Notes: a model not told the origin generated them from the sequence alone. Positions 33,389-44,631 are shown, counted from the stretch's first letter. The stretch: 64,000 bases of DNA from an uncultured Bordetella sp. (GCA_964531455.1 CAZHFZ010000008.1:17219-81218), one strand, 5' to 3'. Numbers and translations: made by a program.

Positions 33389-33820
33389 ATGAGTTCTCCG
33401 GAGCACCTGAAAACCATCGGCCTCAAGGCCACCCTGCCCAGGCTGCGCATTCTTGAGCTGTTCGAGAAAAGCCCGGTGCGTCATCTTGCCGCTGAAGACG
33501 TCTACAAAAAACTGGTTGAGGAAGGCACCGACACCGGCCTCGCCACGGTCTACCGGGTACTGACACAGTTCGAGCAGGCCGGACTGCTGGTGCGTCACCA
33601 CTTCGAATCCGGAAAAGCGGTTTACGAACTTAACCAAGGCAGCCATCACGACCACCTGGTCTGCGTGCAATGCGGCCATGTCGAAGAGTTTTATGACCCC
33701 GAGATTGAAAAACGGCAGGAGAAGGTGGCGCAGGAAAGGGGGTTTCGCATCAACGACCATTCGCTGCACATTTATGCGGAATGCATTCGCCCCAATTGCC
33801 CGCGCAAATCCTCTTCCTGA
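33389..33820 (+). CDS. fur: Ferric uptake regulator Fur
   Basis: ORF 33353..33820 trimmed to the ATG at 33389 (AGGA RBS). GLKATLPRLRILELF, HHDHLVC and CG..EEF metal-site motifs. Confidence 0.93.
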   Translation: MSSPEHLKTIGLKATLPRLRILELFEKSPVRHLAAEDVYKKLVEEGTDTGLATVYRVLTQFEQAGLLVRHHFESGKAVYELNQGSHHDHLVCVQCGHVEEFYDPEIEKRQEKVAQERGFRINDHSLHIYAECIRPNCPRKSSS

Positions 33821-33862
33821 GGCTGGATCAGCCAATACCGAATTGCATTAGTCGCAGCAAAG

Positions 33863-35527
33863 CTATTTGATCTTCAGACCCAGCATCTCTGCGGCATGCT
33901 GTCGAGTGGTTGCAGTGATTTTAACGCCCCCGAGCATGCGCGCAATTTCCTCAATGCGCCCTTTGTCGTCCAGTTCCACCACCGCAGAGGCAACCTTTCC
34001 ACTCACCGCAACCTTGCTGACCTGCCACTGGCGCTCTGCGGTGGCCGCCACCTGCGGCAGGTGCGTGATGCACATTACCTGATGGCGGGCACCAAGTTCG
34101 CGCAGCATGCGGCCTACGATTTCGGCGACCCGTCCACCGATACCGACATCGACTTCATCAAAAATCAGCGTCGGCACCCTCGCGACGCGGCTCAAGACCG
34201 TTTGTATTGCCAGTGACAAGCGGGACAACTCACCGCCAGAGGCTGTTTTCGCAATAGGCTGCGCCGCAATGCCTTGATGCGGCGCGACGCGGAATTCAAT
34301 CTGCTCCAGTCCGTGGGCGGCCGGACTCTCGAGTGGCTCAAGCGAAACCTCGAACACCCCCCCCTGCATCGCGAGTCCCTGCATCCCCGCAGTAACTGCC
34401 TCAGCCAGTTTCTTCGCCGCCTTCCGGCGTCCTGCAGTAAGCTTCTTCGCCGCTTCGCGATAGGCCGCCTCAGCTTCCGCTTCTCGCCGGCGCAGCGTAT
34501 CTGGATCACCGCCCGCTCCCAGCTCCGCAAGACGCTCGCGTGTGTGTTCAGCGAGTTCCGACAATGCATCCGGTTCAACCCGATATTTGCGTGCAGCTGT
34601 ATGCAATGCATCCAGGCGCTGCTCAACCTCACGCAGACGCTGCGGATCAAGGTCGGTGCGTTCACCATAACGGCGCAAAGCGCCAGCACCCTCCTGCAAC
34701 TGAATTTGCGCCGGCTCCAGCGCATCAAGAATCTCCTTGAGCCGCGGATCATGCTGCAACAGCGGCTGCAGCCGGGCGATCACTGCATTGAGCTGCTCCA
34801 GTGCAGCGCCCTCTCCCTCAGAAAGGATTTCCACCCCGGACTGAGCTGCCTCAATCAGGCTGGCGGCATGCGCCAACCGTCCATGCTCAGCCCCGACCGA
34901 CGTCCACTCCCCGGGCGCAAGCTTCAGCGCATCAAGATCCTGCAACTGCCATTCAAGACGTTCTCGCTCGGCATTGATTGCCGCCGCGTTACCCTCAAAA
35001 GCCAGGCGCTCCTCGCGCCGCCGCTGCCAGGTACGCCAAGCCTCGCCCACCAGTTCCGCATGTGATTCAAGGCCGCCGTAGGCGTCTGTCAGCGCACGCT
35101 GGGTAGCCGCGCGGCTGAGCGACTGGTGCTGGTGCTGACCATGAATATCAACCAGATAATCACCGGCCTCGCGCAACTGAGCTGCCGTGGCCGGATGGCC
35201 ATTGATGAATCCACGGGAGCGACCCGATGACTCGACCACACGCCGCAGAAGACACACATCGTTATCGCCAGCAAGATCACAGTCAGTAAGCCAGCTTGCA
35301 AACGCACGATTGCCGTCGATCTCAAATTCGGCCGTAATATCCGCCCGCGTGGCGCCCTGACGCACCGATACCGGATCGGCGCGCTCACCCAGTGCCAGCG
35401 CCAGCGCATCGATCAGGATGGACTTGCCGGCACCGGTCTCCCCAGTCAACACCGTGAACCCGGAAGCAAATTCCAGTTCCAGACGCTCGACGATTACAAA
35501 ATCCGATATGGTCAGACGACGCAGCAT
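33863..35527 (-). CDS. recN: DNA repair protein RecN
   Basis: 554 aa. Walker A GETGAGKS, long coiled coil, C-terminal signature ASGGELSR and Walker B LIFDEVD. Confidence 0.95.
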   Translation of the reverse strand: MLRRLTISDFVIVERLELEFASGFTVLTGETGAGKSILIDALALALGERADPVSVRQGATRADITAEFEIDGNRAFASWLTDCDLAGDNDVCLLRRVVESSGRSRGFINGHPATAAQLREAGDYLVDIHGQHQHQSLSRAATQRALTDAYGGLESHAELVGEAWRTWQRRREERLAFEGNAAAINAERERLEWQLQDLDALKLAPGEWTSVGAEHGRLAHAASLIEAAQSGVEILSEGEGAALEQLNAVIARLQPLLQHDPRLKEILDALEPAQIQLQEGAGALRRYGERTDLDPQRLREVEQRLDALHTAARKYRVEPDALSELAEHTRERLAELGAGGDPDTLRRREAEAEAAYREAAKKLTAGRRKAAKKLAEAVTAGMQGLAMQGGVFEVSLEPLESPAAHGLEQIEFRVAPHQGIAAQPIAKTASGGELSRLSLAIQTVLSRVARVPTLIFDEVDVGIGGRVAEIVGRMLRELGARHQVMCITHLPQVAATAERQWQVSKVAVSGKVASAVVELDDKGRIEEIARMLGGVKITATTRQHAAEMLGLKIK

Positions 35528-35550
35528 GGCTTGAGTGAGAACCGCAGCGG

Positions 35551-36432
35551 TCAGTCGCGGTTCCAGTGCAGCTTTTCACGCAGCATCGCGTAATAGCTGT
35601 GACCGACGGGATGAAGCAGCTTGATCTGGTGAGGATAGCGGCGAACCACGACGCGGTCGCCTTCGCGCAGGTCGAAATGCGAATGGCTGTCGAAATGCGC
35701 GCGTGGATCGTCAGCGCTGCGCACAACGATTTCAACCACGCTGTCTGCACTGATCACAATCGGCCGGTTGGACAGCGTATGCGGCGATACCGGCACCAGC
35801 GACATCACCGACAAGGACGGATGCACAATAGGCCCCCCCGAGGACAGCGCATAGGCCGTCGAACCGGTCGGCGTCGCCACAATCAGGCCGTCCGAACGCT
35901 GGTTGTAAATGAACTGGCCGTCAATCCGAACCTCGATATCGACCAACCCGCCCTTGAAACCCTTGGCTACAACCACGTCATTGAAAGCGAGAACCTCGAA
36001 CACACGCTCCTGACCGCCGTTGTTGCCGCTCCAGACCTCGGACTCGAACAACATGCGCTCTTCGGTCACGAACTGCCCGTCGAGGATTGCGGTAATGGTC
36101 TCGAACATCGTGTCGAGCGAAATGTCCGTCAGAAATCCGAGCCTTCCCTGATTGATGCCGACCAGCGCGACATCATAGGGTGCGAATGTGCGAGCGATAT
36201 TCAACATCGTGCCGTCACCGCCGATGACAATCGCCAGATCGGCCTCACGTCCGAGATCTTCCAGCAGCAGCACGTCATAAGGACAGTTCTGGATATGCGC
36301 CGCAGTCAGGCGGTCGAGCAGAACCTTGACGCCACGCGCCTCCAGGAAACGCGCAAGCCGCATCACCGGCTCCGCAACCTCCGGAGTCTTGTATTTACCG
36401 ATCAATGCAACAGTGGGGAATGCAACAGACAT
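35551..36432 (-). CDS. nadK: NAD kinase
   Basis: ORF 35551..36495 trimmed to [14 protein letters not shown] at 36432. GGDGT and NRGRLGFL-type (NQGRLGFL) motifs. Confidence 0.92.
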   Translation of the reverse strand: MSVAFPTVALIGKYKTPEVAEPVMRLARFLEARGVKVLLDRLTAAHIQNCPYDVLLLEDLGREADLAIVIGGDGTMLNIARTFAPYDVALVGINQGRLGFLTDISLDTMFETITAILDGQFVTEERMLFESEVWSGNNGGQERVFEVLAFNDVVVAKGFKGGLVDIEVRIDGQFIYNQRSDGLIVATPTGSTAYALSSGGPIVHPSLSVMSLVPVSPHTLSNRPIVISADSVVEIVVRSADDPRAHFDSHSHFDLREGDRVVVRRYPHQIKLLHPVGHSYYAMLREKLHWNRD

Positions 36433-36494
36433 GATCGCATTAAACCACAATTCCCGCGCAGCAGGCAGCGCGCAAATCCAATTAAAACAATGCA

Positions 36495-36521
36495 TTGGCG
36501 CTCAACCACAACGAGTGCTGG
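36495..36521. promoter_or_regulatory. CIRCE-like inverted repeat (TTGGCGCTC-N9-GAGTGCTGG) upstream of hrcA
   Basis: Compared by eye with the CIRCE consensus TTAGCACTC-N9-GAGTGCTAA. Each half matches 7/9 with the exact 9-nt spacer. It ends 32 nt upstream of the hrcA ATG. Confidence 0.4.
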
Positions 36522-36552
36522 CCGACTGGTCTTTTTGTGTAAAATGATTTTC

Positions 36553-37587
36553 ATGGCTCAAGAATCCCAAGCGCTCAACGAGCGTGCGCAACTGTTGTTG
36601 AAAACACTGGTGGAGCGTTACATCGCCGACGGCCAGCCCGTCGGCTCCCGCGCGCTGTCCAAATACTCTGGGCTCGACCTGTCACCCGCCAGCATTCGCA
36701 ATGTGATGGCGGATCTGGAGGACATGGGCTTCATCGCCAGCCCGCATACTTCCGCCGGCCGGATTCCAACGCCGCGCGGTTACCGTTTTTTTGTCGATAC
36801 GCTGCTCACCGTCAAGCCGCTGGATCGCATCGAAATCAACCAGATGGAAGACCATCTACAGGTGAACAACACGCAAAAACTGGTGACTTCGGCTTCACAC
36901 GTACTGTCCGAACTCACCCGTTTCGCCGGTGTGGTTGTCTCCCCGCGGCGCAGCGGCGGTTTCCGCCATATCGAATTCCTCCGCCTCGCCGAGAAACGCA
37001 TTCTGCTGATTCTCGTCACCGCCGAAGGTGACGTTCAAAATCGCATCATTTACACAGACAAGGCCTACTCGCCCGCGGAACTGGTCGAGGCAGCCAACAT
37101 CCTCAACCAGAATTATGCCGGCTGCAGTTTTGAAGACATACGCCACCGCGTGCAGTCCGAACTCCATCAACTGCGTGAAGACATGTCACAGTTGATGACT
37201 GCCGCACTGGCCGCAGGCGACCAGGCTGTCAGCGAGGCCGCAGAAGATGTGGTGATTTCCGGCGAAGTCAACCTGCTTGGCATCGACGATCTTTCATCGA
37301 ACATGACCAAACTGCGCGACCTGTTCAACCTTTTCGAGCACCGCACAACACTGCTGCAATTGCTTGACCACTCCAGTCGCGCCCAGGGCGTACAGATCTT
37401 CATCGGTGGAGAGGCCGGCCTGACTCCGCTGGACGAATGCAGTGTCGTCACCGCGCCTTATGAAGTCGACGGGAAGATTGTCGGCACCGTCGGCGTCATC
37501 GGCCCGACGCGCATGGCCTACGAACGCGTGATCCCGATCGTCGACATCACCGCAAAGCTGCTGAGCAGTGCACTGACCCAACGCTGA
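36553..37587 (+). CDS. hrcA: Heat-inducible transcription repressor HrcA
   Basis: Only the 3' third of ORF 35566..37587 is real (its 5' part is antisense to nadK). Starts at [33 protein letters not shown]. 344 aa. Confidence 0.93.
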   Translation: MAQESQALNERAQLLLKTLVERYIADGQPVGSRALSKYSGLDLSPASIRNVMADLEDMGFIASPHTSAGRIPTPRGYRFFVDTLLTVKPLDRIEINQMEDHLQVNNTQKLVTSASHVLSELTRFAGVVVSPRRSGGFRHIEFLRLAEKRILLILVTAEGDVQNRIIYTDKAYSPAELVEAANILNQNYAGCSFEDIRHRVQSELHQLREDMSQLMTAALAAGDQAVSEAAEDVVISGEVNLLGIDDLSSNMTKLRDLFNLFEHRTTLLQLLDHSSRAQGVQIFIGGEAGLTPLDECSVVTAPYEVDGKIVGTVGVIGPTRMAYERVIPIVDITAKLLSSALTQR

Positions 37588-37643
37588 CCGTCCGGCGCAC
37601 ACGCCGGTTACGGGTTTTCCACACTTTTCAAGCCAATACTGCC

Positions 37644-38735
37644 ATGGGCCATTTCCCCAAAGAACCGCCATACACGCACGGCACCACGCAAAAAATCGGT
37701 GTGCTGCTGGTCAACCTCGGATCGCCGGAAGCTGCAACTCCTGCCGCAGTCCGCACTTACCTGCGCGAATTCCTCTCCGACCCCTACGTCGTCGAAATCC
37801 CGCGCCCGATCTGGTGGCTGATCCTCAACCTGTTCGTACTGACATTTCGGCCCAAGGCTTCGGCAGCGCGTTACGCACAGGTATGGACCAAGGAAGGTTC
37901 ACCGCTGAAGGTGCATACCGAACGCCAGGCCAACATGCTGCGCGGCTATCTCGGCGAACGTCTGAAGCAGCCGCATGTCGTCGATTACGCGATGCGTTAC
38001 GGCAACCCGTCGATCCGGTCAAAGCTGGAATCCCTGAAAACGCAGGGTTGCGACCGCATCCTGCTGTTGCCCCTGTATCCGCAATACTCGGCCAGCACCA
38101 CGGCAACGGTATTCAAGGAAGCGTTTGCCGCCATCGGCGCTATGCGCAATCAGCCGGCCATCCGCACCGTCAAACATTTCCACGACGATGATGGTTATAT
38201 CAAGGCATCGGCGCAGGCGATCAACGACTACTGGGTCAAACACGGCCGTGGCGACCATCTGGTGCTGAGCTTCCACGGCGTCCCGCGGCGCACGCTGGAG
38301 CTCGGTGACCCCTATCACTGCGAATGCCTGAAAACCGGCCGCCTGATTGCCGAACAGATCGGCCTGAAACCCGATTTTTATTCCGTGACCTTCCAGTCAC
38401 GTTTCGGCCGCGCCGAGTGGCTGAAACCGTACACCACCGACGTCATCAAGGAACTTGCCAAAAAGAAAGTCGAACGTATCGATGTCGTATGCCCGGGTTT
38501 TGTCAGCGACTGCCTGGAAACGCTGGAAGAAATCGCCATCGAAGCCAAAGGGGACTTCCTCACCCACGGCGGCAAGGAACTGCACTACATCCCCTGCCTC
38601 AACGAACGGGACGACTGGCTGCATGCACTGACTGACATCACACTGAACAATCTGCAGGGCTGGAACAGCGCCGCGACACCGGAAAGCCTCAAAGCGTCAA
38701 AAGACCGCGCCGTCAGTCTCGGCGCAAAACACTAA
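37644..38735 (+). CDS. hemH: Ferrochelatase
   Basis: 363 aa. [11 protein letters not shown]-terminus, LPLYPQYS motif, and a C-terminal region with CECL. Confidence 0.95.
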   Translation: MGHFPKEPPYTHGTTQKIGVLLVNLGSPEAATPAAVRTYLREFLSDPYVVEIPRPIWWLILNLFVLTFRPKASAARYAQVWTKEGSPLKVHTERQANMLRGYLGERLKQPHVVDYAMRYGNPSIRSKLESLKTQGCDRILLLPLYPQYSASTTATVFKEAFAAIGAMRNQPAIRTVKHFHDDDGYIKASAQAINDYWVKHGRGDHLVLSFHGVPRRTLELGDPYHCECLKTGRLIAEQIGLKPDFYSVTFQSRFGRAEWLKPYTTDVIKELAKKKVERIDVVCPGFVSDCLETLEEIAIEAKGDFLTHGGKELHYIPCLNERDDWLHALTDITLNNLQGWNSAATPESLKASKDRAVSLGAKH

Positions 38736-38762
38736 ATGCGCTTGCAGTCCCTGCGGAACCGC

Positions 38763-38972
38763 ATGATAAAAATACCGCTCTCGGTCGTTGTCGTGGCCAT
38801 GTTGACCGGCTGCGGCGCCGAAGTCGCCACCACTGCGGCAACCGGCGCAGCCGTCAAAAAGAAGGAAATGGAGTCTGCGCAACAAAGCAAAGAACTCGCG
38901 CAGACCAAAATCGATCAAGCTGCCCAGGCCACGCAACAACGCGCCGAACAAGCGGGCAACGTCGACAAATAA
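38763..38972 (+). CDS. Small putative lipoprotein (69 aa)
   Basis: ORF 38736..38972. The internal start MIKIPLSVVVVAMLTGC|G gives a clean lipoprotein signal. The mature part is a Gln/Ala/Lys-rich predicted helix. Confidence 0.5.
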   Translation: MIKIPLSVVVVAMLTGCGAEVATTAATGAAVKKKEMESAQQSKELAQTKIDQAAQATQQRAEQAGNVDK

Positions 38973-38999
38973 GCAGAAGCACGCACCATCCGAATCCTC

Positions 39000-39262
39000 C
39001 CCACCGCCCCCACCCCCTTATGAGCCGCCGAGCAGCACAGTAAAGCCGGGGGAAGTCGGCGAGCACTGTCTGAGCCCTCGCGTGGTTTGCGAGGGCGAGT
39101 TGCGCGCCCCGAAGGAAGTCACCTTGGGTGGGAGCCGCCCGGCTTTGCGAGCAGCGCAGGGCAGTCCGAAGGACCGGTGAATCGGGGCCGCCTTCTTTTG
39201 GTTACTTTTCTTGGCGGAGCAAGAAAAGTAACTGGCCGCCGGGCCACCCCCGGCCAACCCCC
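39000..39262. repeat. Hairpin-dense GC-rich extragenic element (REP/MITE-like)
   Basis: Perfect 13-bp hairpin GTTACTTTTCTTG-GCGGAG-CAAGAAAAGTAAC (39201-39232) flanked by direct GGCCGCC repeats. Further hairpins at 39075-39095 (CCCTCGC/GCGAGGG) and GCCGGG/CCCGGC near 39237-39254. 9-bp inverted pair AAAGCCGGG / CCCGGCTTT. Confidence 0.5.
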
Positions 39263-39316
39263 ATAGCACCTCAATAAATATTAATAAAAACAAATACTTA
39301 TAAAATTTTAATAATA

Positions 39317-39346
39317 CCCTTGAAATCCCCAAGGCAAGCCCAACAT
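39317..39346 (+). promoter_or_regulatory. Sigma-32 (RpoH)-type heat-shock promoter of grpE
   Basis: CCCTTGAA-N14-CCCAACAT versus the consensus CCCTTGAA-N13/14-CCCCATNT. Preceded by a ~50-bp AT-rich UP-like tract. Ends 38 nt upstream of the grpE ATG. Confidence 0.55.
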
Positions 39347-39383
39347 GGTGTGAGCTTACTCATAACCACACTGCAAACACGCC

Positions 39384-39917
39384 ATGAAGCAGGAATCACC
39401 GGAACAGAATCCAGATAACACCGCCGCCGACGCCAAACCGGCACCGGAAATCATGCCCTCGACCGAGGAGCTGCTGCGTAAGGCCGAACTCGACGCCCAG
39501 GAACACCACGATGCCTGGCTGCGTGCCAAGGCCGAGACCGAGAACATCCGCAAACGTGCGGTCAGCGACGTCGCCAACGCACATAAATACGCCGTCGAGA
39601 ATTTTGCGGCCGAATTGCTGGCGGTCAGGGACAGCCTCGAGGCCGCACTGGCGGTTGAAACCGCCACGGTCGAAACGCTCAAAAGCGGTGCCGAGCTGAC
39701 GCTGAAGCAGCTCTCCTCCGCCTTCGAAAAACACAAGGTGGTTGAGGTCAATCCGGTCGGCGAAAAATTCGATCCGCACCGCCATCAGGCCATCAGCATG
39801 GTGCCGTCGGACGCAGCACCGAACACAGTGATCAGCGTGTTGCAGAAGGGTTATGTGCTGCACGACCGGATCATCCGCCCGGCGATGGTGGTCGTCGCCA
39901 AAGCCCCGGACGCTTGA
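39384..39917 (+). CDS. grpE: Nucleotide exchange factor GrpE
   Basis: 177 aa. AETENIRKR motif and C-terminal FDP..H.A beta-domain. Confidence 0.95.
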   Translation: MKQESPEQNPDNTAADAKPAPEIMPSTEELLRKAELDAQEHHDAWLRAKAETENIRKRAVSDVANAHKYAVENFAAELLAVRDSLEAALAVETATVETLKSGAELTLKQLSSAFEKHKVVEVNPVGEKFDPHRHQAISMVPSDAAPNTVISVLQKGYVLHDRIIRPAMVVVAKAPDA

Positions 39918-39940
39918 AAACCACGGCAACGACCCCAGAT
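39913..39940 (+). promoter_or_regulatory. Sigma-32-type promoter of dnaK overlapping the grpE stop codon
   Basis: CTTGAAA-N13-CCCCAGAT. The -35 element contains the grpE TGA (39915-39917). Confidence 0.55.
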
Positions 39941-39965
39941 TACAAAACAAGACAGCCGGCACAGC

Positions 39966-40005
39966 GGTCAGTCAATTATTCAGCCGCATCAATAATTTAC
40001 TGACC
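39966..40005 (+). other. Long imperfect hairpin in the predicted dnaK 5'UTR
   Basis: GGTCAGTCAATTATT-N10-AATAATTTACTGACC: 14 of 15 positions pair, and the apical half of the stem is pure A-T. No T-run follows. Confidence 0.6.
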
Positions 40006-40044
40006 ACCCGGCGCAACAAAATTTACAGCTAAGAGGCAATAGAC

Positions 40045-41985
<1,941 letters not shown>

Positions 41986-42004
41986 TCGACTAAATTACTT
42001 CCCC

Positions 42005-42048
42005 GGCAGGGCGCAGCGGTGTTGAGGATGTATCCTCCTCGCCCTGCG
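42005..42048 (+). other. Nested hairpin in the dnaK-dnaJ spacer (possible attenuator or processing site)
   Basis: Outer stem GGCAGGGCG/CGCCCTGC and inner stem GAGGAT-GT-ATCCTC, followed only by a weak T-stretch (CCTTTGG). Confidence 0.4.
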
Positions 42049-42078
42049 CCTTTGGCACATTCAGGGTAACGTAACGAA

Positions 42079-43218
42079 ATGGCAAAAAAAGACTATTACG
42101 AAGTGCTCGGCGTGAACCGTGACGCTTCCGAAGACGAGCTGAAAAAGGCTTACCGCAAACTCGCAATGAAGTGGCATCCGGACCGCAACCCGGACAATCC
42201 CAAGGCGGAAGAGCATTTCAAGGAAGCCAAGGAAGCCTACGAGGTACTGACGGACGCGCAGAAACGCGCAGCCTATAACCAGTTCGGCCATGCCGGCGTT
42301 GACCCCTCCGCAGGTGGCGCCGCCAGCGCAGGCGCCGGTTTCGGCGGCTTTGCCGACGCCTTCGGAGACATCTTTGGCGATATTTTTGGCGGCGCCGGTG
42401 GTGGCGGTGGCAGTCGCGGACGTTCCACGGTGTACCGCGGCGCCGATCTGCGCTACAACTTAGAAATCACTTTGGAAGATGCCGCACGCGGCACCGAAAC
42501 CCGGATTCGCATCCCGGCAATGGAGGAGTGCGAAACCTGCCACGGCAGTGGCGCAAAACCAGGAACGCAACCGACCAGTTGCACCACCTGCGGCGGTCAC
42601 GGCCAGGTGCGCATGCAGCAGGGCTTCTTCTCCATCCAGCAGACCTGCCCGCGCTGTCACGGCACCGGCAAGATGGTCGCCAGCCCCTGCGGCACGTGTT
42701 CAGGCAATGGCAGGATCAAGAAACAGAAAACACTGGCGGTAAAAATCCCCGCCGGCGTCGACGAAGGCGATCGCATCCGCCTTTCGGGCGAGGGCGAAGC
42801 CGGGGTCAACGGCGGACCGTCTGGCGATCTGTATGTGGTCATCCAGATCAAACAGCACGGTGTCTTCACCCGCGACCATAACGACCTGCACTGCGAAATG
42901 CCGATCAGCTTCACCACCGCAGCGCTGGGCGGCGAAATCGAGATTCCCACGCTCGACGGCTATGCCAAAATCAAGATCCCGGCAGAAACCCAGAGCGGCA
43001 AGGTGTTCCGCCTCCGCGGCAAAGGGATCAAGGGCGTTCGTTCGACGGCACACGGCGACCTGCTTTGCCACGTCATCGTCGAGACGCCAGTCAGCCTGAC
43101 GTCACGCCAGAAAGAACTGCTTCAGGAATTCGAAGCCATCAGCAACAAGGATTCAGCGCGGCACAACCCACGCGCGAAATCATGGATGGACCGGGTCAAG
43201 GAATTCTTTGCAGAGTAA
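42079..43218 (+). CDS. dnaJ: Molecular chaperone DnaJ
   Basis: 379 aa. J-domain HPD, G/F-rich region, four CxxCxGxG zinc-finger repeats. Confidence 0.98.
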   Translation: MAKKDYYEVLGVNRDASEDELKKAYRKLAMKWHPDRNPDNPKAEEHFKEAKEAYEVLTDAQKRAAYNQFGHAGVDPSAGGAASAGAGFGGFADAFGDIFGDIFGGAGGGGGSRGRSTVYRGADLRYNLEITLEDAARGTETRIRIPAMEECETCHGSGAKPGTQPTSCTTCGGHGQVRMQQGFFSIQQTCPRCHGTGKMVASPCGTCSGNGRIKKQKTLAVKIPAGVDEGDRIRLSGEGEAGVNGGPSGDLYVVIQIKQHGVFTRDHNDLHCEMPISFTTAALGGEIEIPTLDGYAKIKIPAETQSGKVFRLRGKGIKGVRSTAHGDLLCHVIVETPVSLTSRQKELLQEFEAISNKDSARHNPRAKSWMDRVKEFFAE

Positions 43219-43238
43219 ATGCCGCCACTCCAATAAAA

Positions 43239-43264
43239 AAGCCGGCGTGACAGCCGGCTTTTTT
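43239..43264 (+). terminator. Rho-independent terminator of the dnaKJ operon
   Basis: AAGCCGGC-GTGACA-GCCGGCTT followed by TTTTTT, with an A-run upstream. Confidence 0.85.
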
Positions 43265-43545
43265 ATCAAGTGCAATGATCCGTTCCATTACTGCCGTAAT
43301 TTCCCTTGCTCAACAACCCTGCTGTAATGGGTGCGTTCAGACTGTAACTATCTGCTGAACCCGGTGGCGTTGCCGGCCAGTGGATCAGCGAGCCCTGCCA
43401 CCAGCCTCTGCCAAACATCCGGCAATACTGGATCGCACTTCGCCGTGATTACTCAACAGCGCGAATTGGGCTGAACTTGACCTGCTGCAACACCACTTGC
43501 AACAAGCTTTATGGTGCCTTCTCCCGTGTTTATCGATAAAAGGAC

Positions 43546-44631
43546 TCAGGCAAGCGCCGACTGCACCCTTTTGCTGCACATGTGTTTGACAACAGCAGCA
43601 GCAAATCCCCGGGTATTGCCACGACCGCCGAGATCAGTCGTGCGAACCTCGGCATCAGCAAGCGCTGCATCTACAGCAAGCTGAATTGCCTGATACGCCT
43701 GCTGGAAAGCCGGTTTGTTGTGACGAATACCCAGCCATTCCAGCAGCATGCCGGCAGAGAGGATCATGCCGCTTGGATTTGCAATACCTTTCCCCGCGAT
43801 ATCCGGCGCCGAGCCATGACCGGCATTGGCAATTGCATGTTTGTCACCGGCATTGATGGCTGCAGCCAAACCGAGGCCGCCGGACAAAGCCACCGCCAGA
43901 TTCGACAGGATATCGCCGAACATATTGGAAATCAGGATCACATCGTGTCGCTCGGGACGCGTATAAATGTCTGCCGCCATGGCATCCATGTCCATTTCGC
44001 GAAGCGCGATCTGCGGATGAGCTTTCGCCAGTTCATATGCCGGCGCCATGAACAGGCCATCCGTCATCTGCAACACATGGCGCTTGCCAACCACGGTGAC
44101 GCGCTTGCTTCGCCGCGCAGCGTATTCAAAGGCCACCTTGGCAATACGCTCAGACCCCTGACGGGTGATCTTGCGCACCGACAACGCAACATCCTCGGTC
44201 GGCATGAATTCGCCGTTACCCATGAACATGGTGCGGTCGGAATAAAAACCCTCAGTGTTTTCGCGCACAATCAGGGCATCAAGACCGCGCCGCGCGTCGG
44301 GCATGCCTGCACGACTGCGTGCCGGACGCAGGTTGGCATACAGATCAAGACGTTTGCGGATGGTTCCCGGAATATTGACGCCACCCTCTGCCAGCGGCGG
44401 GTATTCGGTCATACCGCAGGGACCGACAATCACACCGTCGGCATCGGTCGCCGCCTGCATCGCCGCGTCCGTCAGCGTCGTTCCGTGTTTGCGATGACTG
44501 GCCATGCCGACCTCAATATCGGTAAAGCGCAGACCCAGCGAAAATTCGGCATCCGCCACCTTCACCACGGCCATCGCTGCGGCAATGATTTCCGGACCGA
44601 TGTCGTCACCAGCCATGACTACGATATTCAT
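43546..44631 (-). CDS. Isocitrate/isopropylmalate-dehydrogenase-family beta-hydroxyacid oxidative decarboxylase (tartrate/D-malate dehydrogenase-like)
   Basis: ORF 43546..44736 trimmed to MNIVVMAGDDIGPEI at 44631 (AGGAG RBS). Family motifs LRPAR, IVRENTEGFYS, NMFGDILSN, GSAPDIAGKGIANP. Confidence 0.8.
   Translation of the reverse strand: MNIVVMAGDDIGPEIIAAAMAVVKVADAEFSLGLRFTDIEVGMASHRKHGTTLTDAAMQAATDADGVIVGPCGMTEYPPLAEGGVNIPGTIRKRLDLYANLRPARSRAGMPDARRGLDALIVRENTEGFYSDRTMFMGNGEFMPTEDVALSVRKITRQGSERIAKVAFEYAARRSKRVTVVGKRHVLQMTDGLFMAPAYELAKAHPQIALREMDMDAMAADIYTRPERHDVILISNMFGDILSNLAVALSGGLGLAAAINAGDKHAIANAGHGSAPDIAGKGIANPSGMILSAGMLLEWLGIRHNKPAFQQAYQAIQLAVDAALADAEVRTTDLGGRGNTRGFAAAVVKHMCSKRVQSALA

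Noticed and set aside
35528-35620. Searched for a LexA/SOS box (CTGT-N8-ACAG) upstream of recN
   Set aside because: None found. Only 23 nt separate recN from the nadK stop, and no CTGT-N8-ACAG occurs in the adjacent nadK 3' end.
35566-36552. 5' two-thirds of the 673-aa ORF 35566..37587
   Set aside because: This part is antisense to nadK and merely happens to be in frame with hrcA. The real hrcA N-terminus ([15 protein letters not shown]...) begins at 36553.
39018-39332. 104-aa ORF inside the hemH-grpE spacer
   Set aside because: It is composed of the translated hairpin repeats (S/P/G/R/A-rich) and an AT-rich tail, and overlaps the predicted grpE promoter. More likely a translation artefact of a repeat element than a gene.
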